A stretch of 64,000 bases of DNA from an uncultured archaeon (GTDB taxonomy: Archaea; Altiarchaeota; Altiarchaeia; IMC4; SCGC-AAA252-I15): contig CAZPLO010000001.1 of assembly GCA_964587725.1 (NCBI GenBank), positions 1 through 64,000 of the forward strand, given 5' to 3'. How positions within the stretch are numbered: position 1 is the stretch's first letter; every line of letters begins with the position of its first letter. The translations under genes were made by a program, and so were the position numbers. Positions 57,319-64,000 of this stretch are shown one piece after another. The notes under the pieces are model-generated. The model searched no databases and was not told the DNA's origin. It saw only the letters and a list, made by a program, of their open reading frames with translations.

Positions 57319-58667
57319 GACAGTCTGGTCTGACGGTCCTCAAGGGGATACGCGCCGGTGAGGCATGCGAGGCACAGCTGCTTATCCCCATGGCCTATCG
57401 CTTCGACGAGGCCGTCGACGCTGAGGTATGCGATGGAATCCGCGCCTATGGCGTCGCCTATCTCCTCCACCGTCTTCTCCGACGCGATGAACTCCTTGGC
57501 GGTCTGCATGTCTATGCCGTACAGGCACGGGTTCTTAATCGGCGGCGACGCTATGCGAACGTGGACCTCCCGCGCACCCGCCCCGCGGAGCAGCGAAACG
57601 ATGCGCTTCAACGTGGTGCCGCGGACTATGGAGTCGTCAACGATTATGATGCGCTTGCCCTCCACCTCCGACTTCACGGGATTCAACTTCACCCTCACAC
57701 CCAGGTCCCGCTGCCTCTGGTCCGGCATTATGAAGGTGCGGCCGACGTAACGGTTTTTTATCAAACCCTCGCCGTAGCTGATGCCGGAGCCCTCCGAGTA
57801 GCCGATGGCGTGTGTGATTCCGCTGTCCGGAACCGCACACACCAGATCAGCGCCGACGGGCGACTCCTCAGCCAGTATCCTGCCCAGGTTCCTCCGCACC
57901 TCGTACACGGACTTACCGTCTATGATGCTGTCCTCGCGGGCGAAGTAGACGTACTCGAACATGCAGTGACACATTCTGCCCTTGGGGCCGGTGTAGGAGC
58001 GGAGCGTGTCGCCCAACACAATAATCTCCGACGGCTTCACGTCCCGCACCAGCTCCGCACCCAACACATCCAATGCGCAGCTCTCCGAGGCGAGATAGTA
58101 TGCGTCGTCTAACTGGCCGAGGCACAGGGGGCGGACGCCGCCGGGGTCCCGGACGCCTATTACGCCACCGTCGTAGAGTATGGCGAGTGAGTATGAGCCC
58201 ACCAGCTGCTTCATCGCCGCCTTCACCGCCTTGATGAAGTCGCCCTGGCGGAGGTGCTCCTGCGCAATAAGCTTTGCAATGATTTCGGTGTCCGTGGTGG
58301 TGGTGAATATTCCGCCAGTGGACTCGAGTTTCTGACGGAGTTCGGCGTGGTTGACGATGTTGCCGTTGTGGGCTATGGCGAACGAATGCTGGCCGTAGTT
58401 TATAAGCAGCGGCTGCGCGTTCTCCGGCCGGGACTCCCCCGTCGTCGAGTAGCGTACGTGTCCGATGCCGCATCCCCCAGACAGGTAAGCGTTTTTGAAG
58501 ACTTCGGTTACCAGCCCCATCCCCTTGTGCACACGTATTTTGTCGTTGCAGGTGGCTATGCCGGCGCTCTCCTGGCCGCGGTGCTGCATGGAGTGGAGGG
58601 CGTAGTACACGCTTTCGAAGACGTCCGTGCCGGATTTAGCCCCGAATACCGCGCATTTCTCCCTCAT
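57315..58667 (-). CDS. purF: Amidophosphoribosyltransferase
   Basis: MREKCAVFG, QHRGQESAGI, GHVRYST, FEYVYFAR, IVDDSIVRGTT. Confidence 0.97.
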   Translation of the reverse strand: MREKCAVFGAKSGTDVFESVYYALHSMQHRGQESAGIATCNDKIRVHKGMGLVTEVFKNAYLSGGCGIGHVRYSTTGESRPENAQPLLINYGQHSFAIAHNGNIVNHAELRQKLESTGGIFTTTTDTEIIAKLIAQEHLRQGDFIKAVKAAMKQLVGSYSLAILYDGGVIGVRDPGGVRPLCLGQLDDAYYLASESCALDVLGAELVRDVKPSEIIVLGDTLRSYTGPKGRMCHCMFEYVYFAREDSIIDGKSVYEVRRNLGRILAEESPVGADLVCAVPDSGITHAIGYSEGSGISYGEGLIKNRYVGRTFIMPDQRQRDLGVRVKLNPVKSEVEGKRIIIVDDSIVRGTTLKRIVSLLRGAGAREVHVRIASPPIKNPCLYGIDMQTAKEFIASEKTVEEIGDAIGADSIAYLSVDGLVEAIGHGDKQLCLACLTGAYPLEDRQTRLS

Positions 58668-58716
58668 TCTGACGAAGGTAATACTTTTCAACACCAGGGT
58701 ATAATAATGTAAGGCC

Positions 58717-59865
58717 ATGAAATACAGGAGGAAATACTACGGCGTCTGCCAGCCGGGGTTCAAGGCCGGCGGCTCCCGGAAGGGAAAATACGGCGTCGCA
58801 CTGATACTCGCCGACAGAGTCTGTGAAACCGCTGCGGTGTTCACGCGGAACACCGTGAAGGCCGCGCCTGTGAAGTACACAAGACGCATGTTCAGGAGGG
58901 GGGTGCAGGCCGTGGTCGCCAACTCCGGGAACGCCAACTGCTGCGTCCCCGAGGGGATGAATGACGCCGGAGAGATGGTGGAGGAAGCAGCCGACGTTCT
59001 GAAAGTCGATGTAGGAGATGTTGCCGTATCCTCCACCGGCATAATAGGTCGTCGAATGGATGTGAAAACCGTCCGCCAGCTGATACGGGAGACGTCCGTG
59101 CGTTCCGGGCGCCGCGGCAGCTCCGACGCCGCGAAGGCCATCATGACCACGGACACGCGGATGAAGATGTACGCCGCAGAATACCGCGGCATACGTGTGG
59201 GGGGCATATGCAAGGGCGCCGGCATGATTGCGCCCGACATGGCCACCATGCTCTGTTACATAACAACCAACGCCGACCTCCCGCGCAGCAGACTGCAGGA
59301 GGCATTGTCGGAGGCGGTGGGGGACAGCTTCAACATGATTTCGGTGGAGGGGGACATGAGCACCAACGACACCGTGTTGTTGATGAGCAACCGGACACGC
59401 AAATGCGGTGTGAAGGACTTCAAGGGGCTGATGAAGCACGTCACCGCGGAGCTGGCGAAGATGATAGTCCGCGACGGCGAAGGCGCCAGCAAATTCATCG
59501 AAGTCGAGGTAAAGGGTGCCAAATCAGTGAAGGATGCGAGGACGGCGGTGAATGCCGTCATAAACTCCCCGCTGGTGAAGACCGCGTTCTACGGCGAGAA
59601 CCCCAACTGGGGCCGCATAACAGCAGCCATCGGGTCCAGAATCAAGGTGGACGAGTCCAGGGTGGACATCACCTACTCGTCTGGGAGGAAGCGGGTGAAG
59701 CTGGTGTCCAAGGGCGGGGGCCGGAGGACTCCGGAAGCGAAGAAGGTTATGAAAAACAGGGACATCAAGGTCACAGTAGACCTCCGCATGGGACGGTATC
59801 AGGCTGTTGGGTGGGGATGCGACCTCACAGAGGAATACGTGCGGGTGAACGCGGGCTACAGCTGA
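58717..59865 (+). CDS. argJ: Bifunctional ornithine acetyltransferase
   Basis: NSGNAN, STG.IG, IMTTDT, KGAGMIAPDMATML, STND, RDGEGA, NWGRI. Confidence 0.96.
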   Translation: MKYRRKYYGVCQPGFKAGGSRKGKYGVALILADRVCETAAVFTRNTVKAAPVKYTRRMFRRGVQAVVANSGNANCCVPEGMNDAGEMVEEAADVLKVDVGDVAVSSTGIIGRRMDVKTVRQLIRETSVRSGRRGSSDAAKAIMTTDTRMKMYAAEYRGIRVGGICKGAGMIAPDMATMLCYITTNADLPRSRLQEALSEAVGDSFNMISVEGDMSTNDTVLLMSNRTRKCGVKDFKGLMKHVTAELAKMIVRDGEGASKFIEVEVKGAKSVKDARTAVNAVINSPLVKTAFYGENPNWGRITAAIGSRIKVDESRVDITYSSGRKRVKLVSKGGGRRTPEAKKVMKNRDIKVTVDLRMGRYQAVGWGCDLTEEYVRVNAGYS

Positions 59866-59898
59866 GCTTTTATATGCCAAACACTTATGTAGTGTGAA

Positions 59899-60513
59899 AT
59901 GTTTTGGATGCAGCGCGGAAGGGTCATAGAGTATCTGATACTAGCTAACGCCTTCATGTTCATGGTGACGGTGGCGGTTCCCGAGCTGGCCATACGTTAC
60001 CTTGCCGTGACCCCCGACAGGGTGCTGCAGATGCCGTGGACGCTCGTAACAAACATGTTCGTGCACGCCGGGGTCATGCACTTGTTCTTCAACATGTTCT
60101 TCGGCGTGTTGATGTTCGGCGGCTACCTTGAAAGGATCATAGGGGAACGGGAGTTTCTGCGGGTGTATTTCCTCGGCGGACTCGCAGCCGCACTGTTTTA
60201 CGTGCTGTTGGCGCTGGGTTTCGGGTTCCCAGACCCCAGTACTCCCGCGGTCGGCGCGTCGGGTGCGGTGTTCGCCGTAATAGGAGCGTTGGTTATGCTG
60301 CGGCCGAACATGCAGATTTTCCTATACTTCCTGTTCCCCATGCCCCTGTGGGTGTTCGCCGGATTCTATGTGTTATACAGCATATTCGCGATACCCACCA
60401 TGGGGGGGGTTGCCGTGTCGGCGCACCTAGGCGGACTGCTGGCGGGCCTCTACTTCGGGCTTAAGAACAAAGGCGGTGGGGAGCCCGAATACCAGTACGT
60501 AAGGTACTACTGA
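59899..60513 (+). CDS. Rhomboid intramembrane serine protease
   Basis: FVHAG..HLFFNM, GASGA, AHLGG. Confidence 0.94.
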   Translation: MFWMQRGRVIEYLILANAFMFMVTVAVPELAIRYLAVTPDRVLQMPWTLVTNMFVHAGVMHLFFNMFFGVLMFGGYLERIIGEREFLRVYFLGGLAAALFYVLLALGFGFPDPSTPAVGASGAVFAVIGALVMLRPNMQIFLYFLFPMPLWVFAGFYVLYSIFAIPTMGGVAVSAHLGGLLAGLYFGLKNKGGGEPEYQYVRYY

Positions 60514-61382
60514 TCAGGTATCAGCCGTACGGTGCCGCCGCCGACCGGGTAAACCTGTTTTCCACCGTATCCCATATCGCCTTTATACAGTATCCATAGG
60601 CCGTGGCCGCGGTAGCCGTGTTCGCCGACCGCATTCAATACTGTGTCGTCGTATGAGCCAACGTAGGGGTCGTAGCGGAACGTCTGAACCGCCCGTCGGG
60701 GAACATACGTTGCGTACGAGGGGTAGAATCCAGTCTCCGACACCGCGTCTGCAAAGGTTACGTAGTCGTCGCCCACCAGGTAGGATGCAACCAGCAGAAC
60801 CAGGAGGGTGACTGCAGAAATCCGCAGAGCCCTCTTCAACTCCCCCCTACGGTCCATCGACCCCGATTTATCCACGACACGGGCGGCTAAAAAATATACC
60901 AACCCGAAGCCGAACAGTAGGCCTGTCATCAGACGGAGTTCGTTGCTGCTCTCCCGCATCATCAGAAGCGTCTGGGTGATGCCGTCCACAGTCAATGGAA
61001 TGAAGGACAGTATCAGGAAGGGGACGGACCTGAAGAAACGGTGAAGCTTCAACCCCAGAAGCGGAGTCAAACCGCCGAGGAGGCAGCCGAAGTACACCCC
61101 CATGTCTCGGGCGCACATCGGCGTCTGAAAGCCGTTCAGGAACAGGGAGCGCTGTGGCATCTGATGGCAGTTGGTTGCTAGGTAGCCGTAGTTGTATGCT
61201 AGCATGCTCAGTCCGAACAGCAGCCTGCTGGAGGACTGCGCCAGCAGCGGCGTCAGCAGAAACCACGCCAACATTATCGCGTCCAACGCAACGTATACCA
61301 GCAGCAGAAGGTAGAGGAACTCCACAGTCGACTGCCTGTTCATGTAAGACGTCAGCAGGGATTTCAGTTGTTGCGCGTCCAT
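60507..61382 (-). CDS. DUF2085 membrane protein
   Basis: CHQMPQRS..G.Q.PMCARDMGVY, DG.TQ..RESSN.LR..TG. Confidence 0.88.
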   Translation of the reverse strand: MDAQQLKSLLTSYMNRQSTVEFLYLLLLVYVALDAIMLAWFLLTPLLAQSSSRLLFGLSMLAYNYGYLATNCHQMPQRSLFLNGFQTPMCARDMGVYFGCLLGGLTPLLGLKLHRFFRSVPFLILSFIPLTVDGITQTLLMMRESSNELRLMTGLLFGFGLVYFLAARVVDKSGSMDRRGELKRALRISAVTLLVLLVASYLVGDDYVTFADAVSETGFYPSYATYVPRRAVQTFRYDPYVGSYDDTVLNAVGEHGYRGHGLWILYKGDMGYGGKQVYPVGGGTVRLIPDQ

Positions 61383-61383
61383 G

Positions 61384-61911
61384 TTAGAACCTGTTGTACG
61401 ATACAGTGTCGTTTAAATCCTTCCGCGGCTTCGGGTCCGGCTCCTCCCAGGGCACACCGAATGCTAGAAGGGCGATGGGAGAATAAGACTCCTGAATCCC
61501 GAACATTTCTGTGAACTCTTCCACTCCTGTTTCGTCCATGGGGGAGGTCATGACGATGCCCCCGTAGCCCAGGTCGACCGCTGCCAGGAGCATGTTCTCG
61601 CACGCCAGCATCGTAGACCAGTCGAAGCGCGGCTTAGAAGCGTCCGCGCATGCCAGAACTAGGATGCCAGCCTCCAGGAAGGAGGAGTCCTGCTCGTACA
61701 GTCTCAGCCGTTCACGGGCGCGGTCGTACAAGCCCCTCAACTTCTTCTTCAGCCCTGGTTCGTCGACGACTATGAAACGCCACGGTTGCGTGTTCAAACC
61801 GGACGGAGCCCACCGCCCCGCCTCCAATATCTTTTTCAAATCGTCTTCCGGCACAGGCTCGGTGAACCTGCGCACCGACCTCCGGCGCAAAGCCAGGTCA
61901 AGAAAACCCAT
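61384..61911 (-). CDS. Nitroreductase family protein
   Basis: RRSVRRF, APSGLNTQPWRF, ENMLLAA..LGYG. Confidence 0.92.
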   Translation of the reverse strand: MGFLDLALRRRSVRRFTEPVPEDDLKKILEAGRWAPSGLNTQPWRFIVVDEPGLKKKLRGLYDRARERLRLYEQDSSFLEAGILVLACADASKPRFDWSTMLACENMLLAAVDLGYGGIVMTSPMDETGVEEFTEMFGIQESYSPIALLAFGVPWEEPDPKPRKDLNDTVSYNRF

Positions 61912-61972
61912 GGGAGAATATCTGATTCCGCGCTTTTATAACAGGAACCCCTTGTAGTATAAGGTTGATTCA

Positions 61973-62206
61973 ATGGACGTCAAAGTTTATTCTACCCCCA
62001 CCTGCCCCTGGTGCAAACGCACCAAGGAGTTTCTGGACAAAAACGGCGTGGAATACGAGGACGTTAACGTGTCCGGCAACCAGGAGGCCGCGCAGGAGAT
62101 GGTTAAGAAGAGCAAGCAGATGGGCGTCCCGGTGGTGGACGTGGACGGCACCATCGTGGTGGGATACGACGAGGACGCGCTCAGGAAGGCGCTCAACCTT
62201 AACTGA
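61973..62206 (+). CDS. Glutaredoxin/NrdH-like protein
   Basis: VYSTPTCPWC, QMGVPV, VGYD. Confidence 0.93.
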   Translation: MDVKVYSTPTCPWCKRTKEFLDKNGVEYEDVNVSGNQEAAQEMVKKSKQMGVPVVDVDGTIVVGYDEDALRKALNLN

Positions 62207-62216
62207 CGGATTATCT

Positions 62217-62417
62217 ATGGCTAAGTGGATTATCGAACACGACCGTGACGCGTGCATCGGCTGCGGAGCCTGCGAGAAGGCGTGCGAGAACTGGGCTATG
62301 ATGCCCGACGGAAAAAGCAAGCCCAAGAAGACCGATGTGGACGAGGTGGGGTGTAACCGTGACGCCGTCGACGTATGCCCCGTAGCATGCATTAAAGTGG
62401 TTGAAAAGAAGAAGTGA
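62217..62417 (+). CDS. Ferredoxin (single cluster)
   Basis: CIGCGAC...C...AVDVCPVACI; start reassigned to ATG 62217. Confidence 0.9.
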   Translation: MAKWIIEHDRDACIGCGACEKACENWAMMPDGKSKPKKTDVDEVGCNRDAVDVCPVACIKVVEKKK

Positions 62418-62436
62418 AAGGGGTTTAACCCCCTTT
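62417..62436. terminator. Hairpin between convergent genes
   Basis: AAAGGGG-tttaac-CCCCTTT. Confidence 0.45.
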
Positions 62437-62443
62437 GCAGATT

Positions 62444-62713
62444 CTAGTCCTCCAGGTCTTCGCCTGCGGACTCTGACTCGCCCGCCGGCACCTTCATGAC
62501 CGACTGAAGCTTCTCTATTATCCCGTTTACTATCTCCTCCTCGGGCGGGAAACCAATCCCCCTCTGGTATCTCTTCTCCCCCTCTGGGGTGTAGTAGCCC
62601 TTGCTTATGTTCAAGAACACCGCGTTGTCTGGCATGACGCGCTTCTTTGATATCTCAATAAACTTGTTGCGTCCGTAGTCCACGTATTCTCCGGATATTG
62701 TCTCGTATTCCAT
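62444..62713 (-). CDS. Small protein, possibly PC4/PUR-like nucleic-acid binding
   Basis: YGRNKFIEISKK...FLNISKGY...GEKRY..GI.FP; beta-rich with C-terminal helix; SD GAGGT. Confidence 0.6.
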   Translation of the reverse strand: MEYETISGEYVDYGRNKFIEISKKRVMPDNAVFLNISKGYYTPEGEKRYQRGIGFPPEEEIVNGIIEKLQSVMKVPAGESESAGEDLED

Positions 62714-62786
62714 TTCCTTACCTCAAAACCTAAAGCCTAGTTTATAAGTAATCTATATTATAATTTAAATAGGAGAGGGTGAGAGA

Positions 62787-63212
62787 TTGACTTCTAAGGG
62801 ACAGGCTTCGCTGGAGTACATGGTTATGCTGGCCATTTCGCTGGCGGTGTTCGCCGCCGTACTGTACGTCACCAGCATCCTCATCAGCACGAGCAGCGTT
62901 CAGGTGGGGGTGGACTCTGCCAACCGGGCTGTTGAGAAGCTCAAGTCTGCGGCGGACTTCATATACGTCCACGGCCACCCGTCGAGGACGGAGGTGAACG
63001 TCTACATACCCCCGAACATAGAAAACATGGACATCGTCGGCCGAAACAACAGTCTGAGGGCTAGGGTGGCGGTGGGGGAGACGTACACGGACATATACGG
63101 CGTGACGAAGGGGAAGATTTACGGCGATTTGTCCTACGTGGACAAGGAAGGATACTACGTTTTGAGGGTGGAGTCGACTTCCCCCCACACCATAAACATC
63201 AGCGTGTTATGA
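62787..63212 (+). CDS. Class III signal peptide pilin-like protein
   Basis: KG/QASLEY followed by a hydrophobic helix; AADFIYVHG..S..V.IP. Confidence 0.85.
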   Translation: MTSKGQASLEYMVMLAISLAVFAAVLYVTSILISTSSVQVGVDSANRAVEKLKSAADFIYVHGHPSRTEVNVYIPPNIENMDIVGRNNSLRARVAVGETYTDIYGVTKGKIYGDLSYVDKEGYYVLRVESTSPHTINISVL

Positions 63213-64000
63213 ATGCTCATGGACCGCAGAGCACAAGCGAGTATAGAGTTCATGGTGGTGGTGGGCGTAGTGCTGATGGTGTTCATCATACTCGGGTACG
63301 TCGTCTACAGGAATTTCGTGAAAAGCAATGACCTGAAGATACACATAGACGGCACCCGGGTGGCCAACCACGTGGCCGACAGCATCAACACAGTCAACGT
63401 CCTCGGCGACGGCTACAGCACCACCTCCATGGTCCCTGGCACACTCTACGGAGGCCGCCCGTACACCGTCAACTTCTACGAGAACGAGTCCGCAGTGTAT
63501 TTGATGGGGAGCGGGTTCTCAACAGGCAGCGAACTCACCTTCAGCAGCCCGTTGTATACGAGCCAGATAGAATGCCTGCTCCCCGGTTGCGCCTCGGGAT
63601 GCAACCAGACCGGCGGGGAACAGTGCCTGCAGGTCAACGACTCCATGACTGTGAAGCTGACGGGGTGGGGTGGAAGTGTGTACTTGAGCCCGAAGTTCAA
63701 CGTGGAACAGCAGAGCTTGAGGGGGGATGTAGTGTCTTATACCTCATACCAGGACCCCGACCCCTTCGCGGCCGAAGGCTTCGTATTGGGCGAGGAAGTG
63801 AACTGGAACGTGATGTATGTACATGAGAACGTCGACGACGGCTCGTTGAGCCTGGTGTTCAGCCTTAACCTGTCGGGGGAGGGGTTTAGGGCCGACGTCG
63901 AGGAGGTCTTGGGGGAGCGGGTGGAGTTCGGGTCGAACGATGACTTGGACGAATTCAACATGGACGTCGTGCCAGGAGCCGACGAGGGCCGGTGGAGTTC
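63213..64000 (+). CDS. Class III signal peptide pilin-like protein, runs off the window end
   Basis: Manual translation MLMDRRA/QASIEFMVVVGVVLMVF...ADSIN.V...GDGYS; appears open to the window end. Confidence 0.8.
   Translation, partial: MLMDRRAQASIEFMVVVGVVLMVFIILGYVVYRNFVKSNDLKIHIDGTRVANHVADSINTVNVLGDGYSTTSMVPGTLYGGRPYTVNFYENESAVYLMGSGFSTGSELTFSSPLYTSQIECLLPGCASGCNQTGGEQCLQVNDSMTVKLTGWGGSVYLSPKFNVEQQSLRGDVVSYTSYQDPDPFAAEGFVLGEEVNWNVMYVHENVDDGSLSLVFSLNLSGEGFRADVEEVLGERVEFGSNDDLDEFNMDVVPGADEGRWS

Noticed and set aside
1318-63961. Many long antisense or alternate-frame ORFs and upstream ORF extensions (e.g. 26309-27217, 54285-55202, starts at 35850, 43241, 45151, 48085)
   Set aside because: Shadows of recognised genes in GC-rich sequence; better starts were assigned from motifs and gene overlaps

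Overview
Archaeal chromosomal segment with high GC. Gene content resembles DPANN/Ca. Altiarchaeota (inference). Housekeeping genes include cbf5, rpl14e, rpl15e, rpl39e, rpl37ae, the exosome-proteasome superoperon, oapABC, purB, purF, hisI, argJ, tpiA, a glucan phosphorylase, trxB, rio1, aIF-1A and three tRNAs (Ser-GCT, probable Ile2-CAT, Asn-GTT). A surface-appendage region at about 36-55.5 kb has an archaellum-type motor (ArlC-like, ArlH, ArlI, ArlJ) with no archaellin or ArlF/G in the cluster. It also holds a divergent type IV pilin/ATPase/TadC operon, glycosyltransferases, two further KaiC-like ATPases and a rearranged CheF-like protein coupled to one of them, with no Che genes in the window. 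Best leads: (1) a possible KaiC-CheF control module for the motor or pilus; (2) two tRNA genes, each bracketed at near-identical spacings by copies of its own 5' and 3' ends with dense hairpin cassettes between; (3) a JAMM-motif gene split at an A_AAA_AAC-stop slippery site; (4) a pore-less voltage-sensor protein; (5) a membrane-anchored lysozyme-like protein. All calls come from reading motifs by eye; no database searches were run.
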